Source: a bacterium
Lineage (GTDB): Bacteria > UBA8248
Direction of reading: 5' to 3'
Assembly: GCA_965207065.1 (NCBI GenBank)
Contig: OZ242260.1
Coordinates: 3,552,001-3,616,000 of the forward strand
DNA: 64,000 nt
Part shown: positions 17,222 through 30,328 of the stretch, one piece after another
Layout: each line of letters starts with the position of its first letter
Numbering within the stretch: position 1 is the first letter of the stretch
The notes under the pieces: generated by a model
The model's input: only the letters and a program-made list of their open reading frames with translations
What the model was told of the DNA's origin: nothing
Database searches by the model: none
Program-made: the position numbers and the translations under genes

Positions 17222-18589
17222 TTATCTCTTCGCCTTTCCACCACGTCTTCGCGGAGCGCTCTTCCCTCTTTGGCGAAAGCTCACCCGAAGCGGCGTACCC
17301 TCAAAATCGAACCGCTCCCTCAATCTGTTCTCCACATACCTCCCGTATTGCTCCACGGGGATTTGGCTTGCGAGACTCGCAAAGAGTATGACATGGGGCG
17401 GAAAAACGCCGCTTTGCGTGGAATAATACATCTTGGGACGCCGCCCTCCCGAAACGGTGGGAGGTGGGTGCGCATGAACGATTTCCGCCATCGCCCGGTT
17501 CAGTTGACCGGTGGAAACACGCCTGCCGTGAGATTCATGTATCTTTTCTACTACATCAAAAACACGCTCGCATCTCTGCCCTGTCAGAGCGGACACCGAA
17601 AGAACCGGTGCGAAATTGACGTGTACCAGTTTATCCTTGATCTCACGCACTTTCTCATCAAACGTCTTGCTCTCCTTCGCCAGGAGGTCCCACTTATTCA
17701 ACAAAATCGCGCAGGCTCGGCCGGATTCCTTGATGTGGCGTGCAATCTGCGCGTCCATTGTCCTTGGGCCTTCGGTTGCGTCGATGAGGAGCAGGGCGAT
17801 CTGTGCGCGTTCGATACTGCGATAGGCCATAATCATGCTCACCGCTTCCACCTGGCGCTTGCCAATCTTCCCTCTTCTCCTGATGCCGGCCGTATCCACG
17901 AAACGGTATGATTTCCCCTCTCGCACGCATAGGGAATCCACGGGGTCACGCGTCGTGCCCGGGACTGGACTCACCAGGGTCCGTTCGCTTCCGAGAATTT
18001 GGTTGACGAAAGAGGATTTTCCCACATTCGGACGGCCGACGACGGCGATACGGCGCTCATCCGTATCTTCTGCCTCCTCTGCTCCTCGTGCGCTCGAAGC
18101 GATGCGAAACGCCTCATCCATCACTTCGAACACCCCTGAGCCGTGCTCCGCCGAAACGGGCCATACTTCACCGAGTCCCAGTTGATGAAAATCCCATTCC
18201 GTCTCTCTCGCGCGCTTTGAATCTGATTTGTTCAAGATGAGCAGCACCGGTTTTTGCGAGACACGGACCATTTGCGCGACTTCGTGATCCCCAGGCAGGC
18301 GGCCCTCGATTCCATCAACAAGAAATAAAACGACATCGCTTTCCTCGATCGCAGCTGCTGTCTGTTCCAGAATTTTCGACAAGAACGGATCGCCTTCCAA
18401 AGCAGCGATACCACCCGTATCGACGGCAAGAAACTTTCTGCCTTCCCATTCGCCTTCGCCGTAGCGCCTGTCCCGGGTCACACCCGGCTCTGCTTGTACA
18501 ATGGCGTCCCGTCTGCCGATGAGACGATTGAAGAACGTGGATTTCCCCACATTCGGACGCCCTACGATTACGAAGACAGGAGAAGACAT
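17222..18589 (-). CDS. der: Ribosome biogenesis GTPase Der
   Basis: Two GRPNVGKS G-domains, DTGG/DTAG, KH-like C-terminus (RYVENRLRERFDFEGTP). Confidence 0.97.
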   Translation of the reverse strand: MSSPVFVIVGRPNVGKSTFFNRLIGRRDAIVQAEPGVTRDRRYGEGEWEGRKFLAVDTGGIAALEGDPFLSKILEQTAAAIEESDVVLFLVDGIEGRLPGDHEVAQMVRVSQKPVLLILNKSDSKRARETEWDFHQLGLGEVWPVSAEHGSGVFEVMDEAFRIASSARGAEEAEDTDERRIAVVGRPNVGKSSFVNQILGSERTLVSPVPGTTRDPVDSLCVREGKSYRFVDTAGIRRRGKIGKRQVEAVSMIMAYRSIERAQIALLLIDATEGPRTMDAQIARHIKESGRACAILLNKWDLLAKESKTFDEKVREIKDKLVHVNFAPVLSVSALTGQRCERVFDVVEKIHESHGRRVSTGQLNRAMAEIVHAHPPPTVSGGRRPKMYYSTQSGVFPPHVILFASLASQIPVEQYGRYVENRLRERFDFEGTPLRVSFRQRGKSAPRRRGGKAKR

Positions 18590-18615
18590 GGGAGTGTTCC
18601 CAAATGAAATGGTTT

Positions 18616-19926
18616 TTAGCGCCTCTGGGCGTTCTTCCTGGCGGCTCTAGAGCCGATGCCCACAAACCTCATGATACCTTTTGCGATACCTTCCGCAAGC
18701 GCCTGGCGGTATTTGGGACTGCGCATCCGTCGCGCTTCCTTTCGATTCGAGATGAACGCGACTTCAACCAAAATACTCGGCATCCGGGCGCCGAGCAGCA
18801 CGTAAAACGGCCCACGCTTCACGCCCAAATTTCGGATACCCCGATAACCTGGCTTCAGACGAGAGAGCATTGCTTGCTGAACCCGCTGTGCCAACTGCTG
18901 TGACTCCGTAACTTTCGACCGCAACCCCAGGTCGTTCAATATTTTTTGCAAATCCGTCATGCGCGCAAGCGTCGTCCCGCTTTCTCTGGCCGCCAGCCTG
19001 AGCGCCCTGCCCGACGAGGCCTCACTTAAAAGATAGGTTTCGATCCCGTGGATATGCCGTGAACGCGCGCTGTTCGCATGAATCGACACGAAAATATCCG
19101 CGTCATGTTCATTGGCGAACGAAGTCCTTTTGGATAGGGATATGTATCTGTCGGTAGTTCGAGTGAGATAGACCCTGTTACCGGGCAAGACGCGCCTCAG
19201 CACCCGTCTGGTCCTGAGGGAGATGTCGAGCGCGACTCGTTTTTCCCTCAAACCGGACAAACCGACCGCGCCCGGGTCCTTGCCCCCATGCCCGGGGTCC
19301 AAAACGATTCTGCCAAGCCTGTTACGAAATCTTTGAGACAAATTCATCTCGCGGCGCTTTAGCGTTTTTCGGCGAGGGGGCGCCCTGCGTGCTCGGTCGG
19401 ATTTTTTGGGTTCCGGGCGCTTTTTCCCTCCCCTCTTGGGAAGTTTCGAGATGACCCTGGTTTTCGCCCAAACGTCGATTACGATCCGTTGCGGACTCGG
19501 GAGGGTGAAAATTCGATATTTAACATCATGTTTTTTCGCGATATCGATCACGAGGCGTAGACGGTTCTTCCTCGGTTTGCCGAACCTGAGGCGGGATACG
19601 ATGCTTTTTCCCGGAGGAAATGTCGGAATTTGAACGCCTTGACCGATTCGCCCGCGAGGGAGATCAATAAAAATTCGAGAGGGTTTCCTCAAGACGTCTG
19701 ATTTGAAATCAAATACTTCGCGGTTCAATATAAAGACGATTCGCGCATAGTCCGGGGTGGAGAATTCTCGAACTCCAAGAATTCTCGCGACTGAATTTCT
19801 GGCGCCGAACGCATACCCCTCTCCTTGCATCCAGCAAACAAGAAAAAAAAACAGAATGACAATTGAATTCCTCAGCAGCCGTTTTATCTTTTCTCTTCTG
19901 AGAGTGGAGAACGAATTTCTGGCCAC
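18616..19926 (-). CDS. N-acetylmuramoyl-L-alanine amidase with AMIN domain (AmiC-like)
   Basis: LDPGHGGKDPGA, EK, FVSIHANS, PSILVEVAFISN; AMIN-like RLVID/RIVID repeats; basic-hydrophobic signal region. Confidence 0.92.
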   Translation of the reverse strand: MARNSFSTLRREKIKRLLRNSIVILFFFLVCWMQGEGYAFGARNSVARILGVREFSTPDYARIVFILNREVFDFKSDVLRKPSRIFIDLPRGRIGQGVQIPTFPPGKSIVSRLRFGKPRKNRLRLVIDIAKKHDVKYRIFTLPSPQRIVIDVWAKTRVISKLPKRGGKKRPEPKKSDRARRAPPRRKTLKRREMNLSQRFRNRLGRIVLDPGHGGKDPGAVGLSGLREKRVALDISLRTRRVLRRVLPGNRVYLTRTTDRYISLSKRTSFANEHDADIFVSIHANSARSRHIHGIETYLLSEASSGRALRLAARESGTTLARMTDLQKILNDLGLRSKVTESQQLAQRVQQAMLSRLKPGYRGIRNLGVKRGPFYVLLGARMPSILVEVAFISNRKEARRMRSPKYRQALAEGIAKGIMRFVGIGSRAARKNAQRR

Positions 19927-19971
19927 AGAAATCTCTCCCGTGGCGGGCGGCGTAACGGGTATGGAATAATT

Positions 19972-22460
<2,489 letters not shown>

Positions 22461-22756
22461 CTACAATCTCCCACAGGAATTGGAGGTCGTGATCAAATAA
22501 AACCGTACACCTCGCTAGACTAGATGCGTATTCCGGCGTCTTTTATCATTTCTTGAATTTAGACGGAAGCACGCGGGAATAATGTTGCTTTTTCGTAAAA
22601 CTCCATAAGCAAAAGTTCCTGTATGCGGGGCAGACAATTAAAAGATGTCGAACGAAATATTGTGACTTGGAAATTACCTGTTACTAGCAATAATATCGTT
22701 TATGGAATTTATATAAAGAGATGGGCTTCCAATCTCCCTCGCGGCATTACGAATCC

Positions 22757-23026
22757 CTATGACATTTCTCCAAAGCCGGTTCGAACCAAATCCGCTAGTT
22801 CCGCAACGGCTGCATCTTCATCTGGACCACACGCGCTGATCAGGAGCTCCGAGCCGGGGGTTGCCGCAAGCATCATGACACCCATTATGCTTTTACCGTC
22901 TACCTCCATATCACGAAATCGAACCAGAATTTCGCTCTCGAATTTACTCGACAACCTCACAAACTTGGCGGCTGCCCTCGCGTGAAGCCCCATAAGATTG
23001 CGGATGCTGACTTTTTGTTCCGCCAT
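22757..23026 (-). CDS. ptsH: HPr/NPr phosphocarrier
   Basis: GLHARAAA (His15) and DGKSIMG (Ser46). Confidence 0.93.
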   Translation of the reverse strand: MAEQKVSIRNLMGLHARAAAKFVRLSSKFESEILVRFRDMEVDGKSIMGVMMLAATPGSELLISACGPDEDAAVAELADLVRTGFGEMS

Positions 23027-23034
23027 GATGGCGT

Positions 23035-23457
23035 TTATTCCTCCTTGGCTGGGCGTTGTTTTACGGAATTGATCATCTCGCTCGGCTGGGCCAGGTTCCG
23101 CCTCCCATACTCCACCAAAAATCGCGCCGCCTCGGAGACGGTCTTCCCTTTGATAAACGACAATTTCAAGAGCATCGGCAAATTCACTCCCGTTACGACT
23201 TCTACCCCGGAATGGTTCAGCATGGCGAGAGCGGCATTCGTAGGGGCGCCTCCCATCATATCCGTCATAATAATCACGCCCTCGCCCGCATCTACCTCCA
23301 TCACCGCTTTTTCAATTTTCTCGGTAAATCCAGCGGGGTCGGCGTCAGGCTGCAGAGAGAGCGCTTTCATTTGCGTTGTCCCGGCTAGAACAGACTCAGC
23401 CGCATGCAGCAACGCATCAGGATAGTCTCCATGGCCGACGATCACCAAACCAATCAT
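23035..23457 (-). CDS. PTS mannose/fructose-class EIIA
   Basis: IGLVIVGHG, TDMMGGAPTN, VTGVNLPMLL. Confidence 0.93.
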   Translation of the reverse strand: MIGLVIVGHGDYPDALLHAAESVLAGTTQMKALSLQPDADPAGFTEKIEKAVMEVDAGEGVIIMTDMMGGAPTNAALAMLNHSGVEVVTGVNLPMLLKLSFIKGKTVSEAARFLVEYGRRNLAQPSEMINSVKQRPAKEE

Positions 23458-23488
23458 GCAGCGAAACCTCTTCTTTTCCTCTTCCCGG

Positions 23489-24430
23489 CTAACTCGTCGC
23501 CCCGAGAGCTATTTGAGCGGAGAGTGTCCGACTGAACTCCTCTGCAGAGAAATAACCCATTCTTTGCAGCAACAGATTCCTGGCCGCCACCTCGATGAGT
23601 GTGGGGATATTCCTCCCGGGAGCAACGGGAATTATCACGTGCGGCAGGCACTTTCCCAGGATGTTTTGGGTCTCGATGTCAATCCCAAGACGCTCGAAAG
23701 GCATATCCGGGGTCAAGGGAATCAACTCGACGATCATCTCGACGTTTTTTTCGTATCGAATCGCTACAACGCCAAAGAGATCTTTCAGGTTCAGAATACC
23801 CAGTCCCCTCACTTCTATGTGGTGTTTGAGCAATTCGGTGCTTTTTCCGACTAACTCATTCCCTCGCAACTGGATGTCTACCACGTCATCGGCAACGAGC
23901 CGGTGCCCCCGCGTGACCAGATGCAGAGCGCATTCACTTTTTCCAATACCGCTCTTGCCTTGAATGAGCACCCCCACACCATATAAATCAACGAGGACAC
24001 CGTGCAGTCGCGCATGCAAAGAGAGGTGCTCCTCGAGATATCCCGACAATCTCGGCATCAATTCCTTGCCGGGTAATCCTGAGATGATAATCGGTACGTT
24101 GGACTTATCAGACGCTTCCTGGATACTTGGGAAGATATCTTTCCCACCTGTGACCAACACCGCGCACAAGGGCAAGCGAAAATATTCACGCACGGCCTCG
24201 ATCCGCTTCTCTTCATCGAGGTCATCAAGAAAACGAACTTCCGTGCTACCCCATACCTGAATCCTGTCGGGATGTACAGCTTTCAGAAAACCGGCGAGTG
24301 GCAAACCATTTTTTTGAAAGTGCGTATGATTGATCTGGCGGTTCATGCCAGACTCGCCCGAAATTACGGACAACTTCAACTCTTCCCGCAAATCCGCATA
24401 CAATTGAGATACCGAGAGCTTGCTCATCAT
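23489..24430 (-). CDS. hprK: HPr kinase/phosphorylase
   Basis: HGVLVD, GKSGIGKSECAL, LVADD, IEVRGLGI, PGRN...IEVAARN. Confidence 0.96.
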   Translation of the reverse strand: MMSKLSVSQLYADLREELKLSVISGESGMNRQINHTHFQKNGLPLAGFLKAVHPDRIQVWGSTEVRFLDDLDEEKRIEAVREYFRLPLCAVLVTGGKDIFPSIQEASDKSNVPIIISGLPGKELMPRLSGYLEEHLSLHARLHGVLVDLYGVGVLIQGKSGIGKSECALHLVTRGHRLVADDVVDIQLRGNELVGKSTELLKHHIEVRGLGILNLKDLFGVVAIRYEKNVEMIVELIPLTPDMPFERLGIDIETQNILGKCLPHVIIPVAPGRNIPTLIEVAARNLLLQRMGYFSAEEFSRTLSAQIALGATS

Positions 24431-24672
24431 GTTCCTCGATGCTCTATACACCCGGGGGATTCATTGTCCGATCCAAGAGAACCAAATGAACATTTGTTAC
24501 GAAACAATCAAGATACGATGCTGCGTAAAGGAAAATGGAACGCCCTCCACCGGGGATAATAACAAATATATTTCAAATAACCCACGTATCCAGGAAGCAT
24601 CATCAGCCGCCCCTAGAAACCATGGAGTGCGTAGGTGAGAATTATAAGTCCATGCACGAACCGCAATGATTT

Positions 24673-26109
24673 TTATTGACGCATTTTGCGTCTTTTGCTG
24701 GTGGGAGAGATGCGCAGTTCTTTGCGGTATTTCGTCACTGTCCGCCTCGCAATCGCCACGTTGTTCTGTTTGAGTTTTTCCGCAATTTTCTGGTCAGTGA
24801 GCGGCTTCTCAGGGTTTTCCTCCGTCACCATTTTCTTGATGATTTCCTTTACGGCCAGCGAAGAGGTGCTCTCTCCCGCACTTGATTCCAACCCACTGTG
24901 AAAAAAATACTTAAGGCTCAAAACACCCTGTGGGGTATCCATATACTTGCCCGTCGTAACACGACTCACGGTAGATTCGTGCATCTCGATATCTTGCGCC
25001 ACATCCTTCAAGATCAGGGGCTTTAGGTGGCTCACGCCATGATCCAAGAAATCCTTCTGGAATCGCACAATGCTTCGACAAACTCTGAGAATCGTCTGCC
25101 TTCTCTGCTCTATACTTTTGACGAACCAGACGGCCACCCTCAACTTTTCCTCCAGATACTTCCGCGTATCGGGCGAGGTTCCCGATTTGTCGACTGCCAT
25201 GGCTGCATACTGAGAGTTCACACGCAGGAGTGGCAAACTGTCGTCATTGAGTGTCACCTCATATTCATCTCCTCTTTTGGTGACACTCACATCCGGGATC
25301 ACTATCTCCGCGCCTTGATCGGAAAAACGCAACCCCGGGCGAGGATCGAGACTCCGAATGATGCCGATGGCCTGAACGATGTCTTCCGCAGTAACACCGT
25401 TAACCTTGGCGAGTTTCCCATATTGAGGCTCACCTATATCCTCAATATTCTCTAGCACCAGGATTCTAGCCAAATCCACAAAACAACTGTTTCCGTTTGC
25501 AGGCAACTCGCTATTTTTCAGTTGGATAAGAAGGCATTCTTGAAGTGTCCTCGCAGCAACGCCAGACGGATTGAATCCCTGCACCAACGCCAACGCCCTG
25601 TTTGCCTCGCGAGGCCCAAGACCAACGTAGGCCGCCAACTCATCCACGTCAGCCTCAAGATAACCTTCCTCATTCACATTCCAGATAATTTGTTCAGCAA
25701 CCCTTGCTATCGGCTCGGGAGCCACCGAAAGACTCAATTGCCGCTCCAAGTGTTCATATAACGTATCGGGCCGCGTCAAGGTCTGTTCATGAGAGGGGAA
25801 ATCATCAGCGAGGGTTGGAGACGAAAAATCTTCAAAATTGTCTTGGATGATGTTTTCCCAATCAATCTCACCTCTTTCATCATTTTGATTTTCGGGAACA
25901 TCACCTCTCATTTCCGGCATCTCACCATCAACCACTTCTTTTTCTTCATCCTGAATTTCTTCCAACAAGGGGTTATTCAACATTTCCTGCTGAACGGCTT
26001 GCTGCATTTCCGTGCGGTTCAGAGGCAACAGGCCTATCGCCTGCCGCAACATGGTGGTCATGACAAGACGCTGCTCTGGCCTCATTGTCATCTTATGCTG
26101 CAAAGCCAC
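24673..26109 (-). CDS. rpoN: RNA polymerase sigma-54 factor
   Basis: Q/L-rich region I, HESTVSR, RpoN box ARRTVTKYR; GTG at 26109 with RBS. Confidence 0.97.
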   Translation of the reverse strand: MALQHKMTMRPEQRLVMTTMLRQAIGLLPLNRTEMQQAVQQEMLNNPLLEEIQDEEKEVVDGEMPEMRGDVPENQNDERGEIDWENIIQDNFEDFSSPTLADDFPSHEQTLTRPDTLYEHLERQLSLSVAPEPIARVAEQIIWNVNEEGYLEADVDELAAYVGLGPREANRALALVQGFNPSGVAARTLQECLLIQLKNSELPANGNSCFVDLARILVLENIEDIGEPQYGKLAKVNGVTAEDIVQAIGIIRSLDPRPGLRFSDQGAEIVIPDVSVTKRGDEYEVTLNDDSLPLLRVNSQYAAMAVDKSGTSPDTRKYLEEKLRVAVWFVKSIEQRRQTILRVCRSIVRFQKDFLDHGVSHLKPLILKDVAQDIEMHESTVSRVTTGKYMDTPQGVLSLKYFFHSGLESSAGESTSSLAVKEIIKKMVTEENPEKPLTDQKIAEKLKQNNVAIARRTVTKYRKELRISPTSKRRKMRQ

Positions 26110-26125
26110 GTGGATTCCCCTCACT

Positions 26126-26890
26126 TCAAAGACGAAATTTTTTGCCCAGATAAACATGCCGAGCTTTATCACTTACGGCAATTTTTTCCGGGGTGCCGGA
26201 TTCCAGTATACGCCCCTCATTGATAATGTATGCCCTGTCGGAAATTTGTAGAGCTTCACGTACGTTATGGTCCGTAATGATGACACCAATCCCACGAGCT
26301 TTTAAGCCCACCACTATTTCCTGAATGTCGTTAACCACGATAGGGTCAATTCCTGCGAAAGGCTCATCAAGCAGCATAAAAGTGGGATTTGTGGCCAATG
26401 CCCGAGCAATTTCTACACGCCTTCGTTCACCGCCGGAGAGAGCATATCCCTTCAAGGATTGAATGTGCTGGATATCCAAGCTCTCTAAAATTTCGTTTAA
26501 TCTCCTCTCGCGTTGGTCTGGATCACGCAAGACTAATTCAAGTACCGCCATAATGTTTTGCTTTACCGAAAGGCGACGGAACACAGACGCTTCTTGAGGT
26601 AGGTAGCTGATTCCCTTCTTGGCGCGTACATGCATGGGCTGACCGGTGATTTCTATGCCGTTCAAAAATATTTTGCCCGCATCTGGTGCTATCAACCCGA
26701 CAATCATATAAAATATCGTCGTCTTGCCTGCCCCGTTTGGTCCTAGCAAACCCACGATTTCACCAGGATGCACTTCGAGTTCCACGCCGGAGACAACCGT
26801 CCGGTCTGAATAGCTTTTCGTTAACTTAGTGGCCTGAACAGAAGCAGCACCTTCACGTCTTGCAGCACTACCATCGGTTCGCGTAGACAT
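26126..26890 (-). CDS. lptB: LPS export ABC ATPase
   Basis: [43 protein letters not shown]. Confidence 0.96.
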   Translation of the reverse strand: MSTRTDGSAARREGAASVQATKLTKSYSDRTVVSGVELEVHPGEIVGLLGPNGAGKTTIFYMIVGLIAPDAGKIFLNGIEITGQPMHVRAKKGISYLPQEASVFRRLSVKQNIMAVLELVLRDPDQRERRLNEILESLDIQHIQSLKGYALSGGERRRVEIARALATNPTFMLLDEPFAGIDPIVVNDIQEIVVGLKARGIGVIITDHNVREALQISDRAYIINEGRILESGTPEKIAVSDKARHVYLGKKFRL

Positions 26891-26894
26891 GAGT

Positions 26895-27488
26895 CTAGTT
26901 CGATTTTTTACGGCGGGGTGTCTCGCTGGAAGGGAAAAGAGTAACGTTGACTCTCTGGTCATCCGAGCCATGAACTATCGTTTTATCTTCTTTCAAATTC
27001 AATTCTATTTTGGCGCCGACTAACCGATTCTTTCCTTCCCATACGCGAGGGCTGCCCGTCAAGATTGCGATGCCGGTTGATTCTCGATATTCGAGTCGGG
27101 CAGCAGTGGCGAACCTTCGTTTTGCTTGATTCATCTCTACATTTCCGATGGCCACGATTCTATCGATTTCCCCCGCTCTGCCTTTTGGGGTTGGCTTTCG
27201 CTTGGAGCCGTATTGTTTGGTTTCCAGCGTATAAATTTCGAGGCGATTCGCCTTTAGTCTCATCTTCCCCTGGTTCGCTTCCACATTCCCGATGAACACG
27301 ATGAAATTCTTCCGACTGTTTACTTCCATTTTATCGGAGACAATGTGGATCTGTACCTGGCGGTTTAAGTGACCTTTTTTGTCTTTTTCCTGTGCAGATA
27401 AATTAGTGCCGCTCCACACCAAAAGACCTAAGAATATCCCCAGGCCAATGAGGGTAAGACGTATCAGGCGGTAGTTTTTCAGTTTCAA
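26895..27488 (-). CDS. lptA: LPS transport periplasmic protein
   Basis: Signal peptide, [27 protein letters not shown]; located between lptC and lptB. Confidence 0.88.
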   Translation of the reverse strand: MKLKNYRLIRLTLIGLGIFLGLLVWSGTNLSAQEKDKKGHLNRQVQIHIVSDKMEVNSRKNFIVFIGNVEANQGKMRLKANRLEIYTLETKQYGSKRKPTPKGRAGEIDRIVAIGNVEMNQAKRRFATAARLEYRESTGIAILTGSPRVWEGKNRLVGAKIELNLKEDKTIVHGSDDQRVNVTLFPSSETPRRKKSN

Positions 27489-27522
27489 AACAGCCCTCCA
27501 TCAGGGAATGGCCGTATTTTCT

Positions 27523-28134
27523 TTAGTTGGCGCGTGTCAGCTTTTTTCCCCTTTTCTCCATAAGGGAATGCCCGCTCCCACCGTATATCGTAGCGCTCAC
27601 TTTCTCCTTCAGCTTGTACTTCCCGATATCGGTATGCCCCTGTAGACCGGTTCCGACAAGACGAAAACGAGCCCCCTCCATTAAGACCTTCGAATCCGAA
27701 TCAATACGTTTCTCTTTTGAGTGAAAATACAAAGAATCTGTTTTCATCGAAACGCCATTAGAAGCCAGGATGGTAACATTTCCGCTGATTCTAATGTTCC
27801 GGCTTTCATTTTGCATGGTTCCTTCTTGAGCAGTCACATGCGATGGATCACCTTCATCCGAGTAAAACCGAAGCTTCAGGTTCTTAAGAATGGTCAAGCC
27901 TTTTTGGCGATAGACCTTGGCTGAGTCAGCCCACAACTCCCATTCCCTAACACCTTTTGTGTTCTGGACAACATGCATTTTATCTATGTTTAGGTCCGCA
28001 TCCGAGTTTGTGAGCGAAAATTCTCCTAAATGGAGTTGATGATTTGAAGAACCCAAGATGAAATAGGCAATAGTACCGCCCATCACGAGCAGAAAGCCCA
28101 GCAACACCGTTCTCAGCATCTTACGGAATAGCAT
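27523..28134 (-). CDS. lptC: LPS export periplasmic protein
   Basis: N-terminal TM, WELWADSA, GNV, TDSL beta-jellyroll pattern; synteny with lptAB. Confidence 0.85.
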   Translation of the reverse strand: MLFRKMLRTVLLGFLLVMGGTIAYFILGSSNHQLHLGEFSLTNSDADLNIDKMHVVQNTKGVREWELWADSAKVYRQKGLTILKNLKLRFYSDEGDPSHVTAQEGTMQNESRNIRISGNVTILASNGVSMKTDSLYFHSKEKRIDSDSKVLMEGARFRLVGTGLQGHTDIGKYKLKEKVSATIYGGSGHSLMEKRGKKLTRAN

Positions 28135-28324
28135 CGCAAACCTTCTGAAACACAGGCGGTATTCAACGACAGCACATGTCATATCTGTGATAAGAAACTC
28201 ATCCCTCCAAAGCCATGAAATTTATTTTCTCGTACTGGTTACATCTGTTACATCAAAGAAGATAAGCAAAAACAACGCCCTGTAAGAGTGCCACCCTTTA
28301 CTTTCTTTGTAAAGAAGAAATATT

Positions 28325-28738
28325 TCACGGACGGGAAATGTATAGGCGTCTACTTTCATCTTCCACAAACTCAAACTTGACGTGAGTCGATACAGAGAAA
28401 CGCCATTTTTCCACATGGTTAGGCCACTCAATTAAAACAAAATCACCCTGACCGATATGATCCCACAAACCCATTTCCATGAGGTCTGAATCTTTGGGAA
28501 GCCGATATAAATCGATGTGGTGAGTAGGGGGCAAGGTCGGATAATGGTGAATATAGACGAATGTGGGGCTTCTGATAATTTGCCCTTCTCCCCCCGGCAT
28601 CGATTCGATAAAACCTTTTGCAAATACTGTTTTCCCAGCACCTAAATCGCCATCGAGCAAAATGACCTCGCCGGGTCTCGATACTTTCGCCAAGCGAGCA
28701 CCCAGTTCGGCTGTTTGCTCTACCGAATCACTTTGCAT
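28325..28738 (-). CDS. tsaE: tRNA t6A biosynthesis ATPase
   Basis: GDLGAGKT, SPTF, HIDLYRL, IEWP. Confidence 0.95.
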   Translation of the reverse strand: MQSDSVEQTAELGARLAKVSRPGEVILLDGDLGAGKTVFAKGFIESMPGGEGQIIRSPTFVYIHHYPTLPPTHHIDLYRLPKDSDLMEMGLWDHIGQGDFVLIEWPNHVEKWRFSVSTHVKFEFVEDESRRLYISRP

Positions 28739-28751
28739 CTCAAAGGGAAAT

Positions 28752-30326
28752 TCAAACAGTTTCAGAATCTCCTGCCTCCATGAGCACTTTCCTTCTCGCC
28801 TTGGGAAGAGCCTGTAAAATATCAGTTGCCGTGATTCCGAGCCCGCCCACTTCCGAGGATGCCAATTCTCCAGACATGCCATGCAGATAAACCCCGCATA
28901 TCAAAGACCATTTTCGGGAAAGCCCCTGAGCGAGCAAAGCGCCAATAACCCCCGCCAATACATCTCCACTGCCTGCGGTGGCCATATTGGAATTTCCAGT
29001 GGGGTTGTACCAGATTTCTCCATCCGATGTGGCGACAATTGTTCCCCAGCCCTTTAAGGCGATGTCAAGATGATGGTGCGAGGCAAATGAGTTTGCGTGT
29101 GTAATGCGATCTTCTTGTACTTCTTGTGTCGATAGCCCAAGGAGCCTTGCCATTTCTCCTGGGTGTGGCGTCAGGATCAATTGAGCGAGTCTGCCGTCCA
29201 GGATAGTCAAATCCTGAGCAAGCGCATTCAGACCATCGGCATCAAGGACAACGGGTGCGCCAATGTGTTGGATGAGCAAATGGACAAGCTCAATAGTTCT
29301 CGGGTTCGTCTGAAGCCCGGGTCCTATCACCAAAGCATTCATGTCTTCTGAACGCTCAACGAGAAAATCGAATGCCGAGGCGTCAATCGATCCAGACTCA
29401 GTGGCCGGCAAAGACAACGTCATGATTTCAGGGTATTTACTCTCCACCAGGGGAGAAATACTTTCAGGCACCGCAAGCGTCACCCGGCCTGCGCCCGTGC
29501 GAAGGGCCGACATGGCCGTCATCAATGCGGCTCCTGACATACCGGGCGCGCCAGCTACCAACAAAAGATGGCCGGCATCCCCTTTGTGCGCATCAGGGCG
29601 TCTTTCTGGTAAATTCTCAGCCACATCCGAAGGTTCCGTAACGTGGAGTGAAATATCTTCTTCTTTCAGGCATTCATGCGGAATCCCGATGTCAAGAGAT
29701 ATGACCTCCCCCACATGCTCAGCCGCCGGCATGAGAAGATGACCCCGCTTGAGGGCGCCTAAAGCCAAGGTGGTCTTTGCGTTAATATATGGAAGTTCAG
29801 CCCTGCCAGTCGTGGAATCGAGTCCAGATGGCATATCAATGGCCACGATCGGTATATCGATGGCGGAAAGGATGCGGACGGCCTCCTCTGCAAGACCTCG
29901 GGCAGGCGGCCGAAACCCGGTTCCCAGAATGGCGTCCACTACCAGATCCGCATTTTTGCCCATCTCCTCCAACAGCGAGGTGTTATCCTCCGCCACCTCT
30001 AAGATGGGAATTCGCATCCTATCAAGCGATTTCAAAAAAACGCCCGGGTCACCTGTGACTTCTCTCAGAGGAAACAAAGTCGCGATATCGACATCGGCTC
30101 CTGCATTGAGTAAATGTCTGGCAACAACGAAACCATCCCCACCGTTGTTCCCTTTTCCGCAAACAATCAGAACACGGAGAGCGGCTCTGCCATATTTTTC
30201 CCAAATCTTTTGAGCGGATTTTAACCCTGCCGCCTCCATCAAACATGTGGAGGGAATCCCATATTCTTGAATTGCCCGGTTGTCGATATTCGACATTTCC
30301 TGGGCTGTTACGACGGGAATCGGCAT
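28752..30326 (-). CDS. nnr: Bifunctional NAD(P)HX epimerase/dehydratase
   Basis: GKGNNGGDG, DAILGTG, HKGDAG, IGPGL, TPHPGE, ATAGSGDVLAG. Confidence 0.96.
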   Translation of the reverse strand: MPIPVVTAQEMSNIDNRAIQEYGIPSTCLMEAAGLKSAQKIWEKYGRAALRVLIVCGKGNNGGDGFVVARHLLNAGADVDIATLFPLREVTGDPGVFLKSLDRMRIPILEVAEDNTSLLEEMGKNADLVVDAILGTGFRPPARGLAEEAVRILSAIDIPIVAIDMPSGLDSTTGRAELPYINAKTTLALGALKRGHLLMPAAEHVGEVISLDIGIPHECLKEEDISLHVTEPSDVAENLPERRPDAHKGDAGHLLLVAGAPGMSGAALMTAMSALRTGAGRVTLAVPESISPLVESKYPEIMTLSLPATESGSIDASAFDFLVERSEDMNALVIGPGLQTNPRTIELVHLLIQHIGAPVVLDADGLNALAQDLTILDGRLAQLILTPHPGEMARLLGLSTQEVQEDRITHANSFASHHHLDIALKGWGTIVATSDGEIWYNPTGNSNMATAGSGDVLAGVIGALLAQGLSRKWSLICGVYLHGMSGELASSEVGGLGITATDILQALPKARRKVLMEAGDSETV

Positions 30327-30328
30327 GC

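Noticed and set aside
19843-19851. A9 tract in the amidase signal region as a phase-variation site
   Set aside because: Frame is intact; the tract is explained by Phe codons.
22461-22756. Possible SAM riboswitch upstream of metK-ahcY
   Set aside because: No SAM-I core (ATC.AGAG...GAGGGA..GGCCC) or other recognisable aptamer by eye; an Rfam scan would settle it.
28270-28293. TGGCAC upstream of lptC as a sigma54 promoter
   Set aside because: No TTGC at the -12 position.
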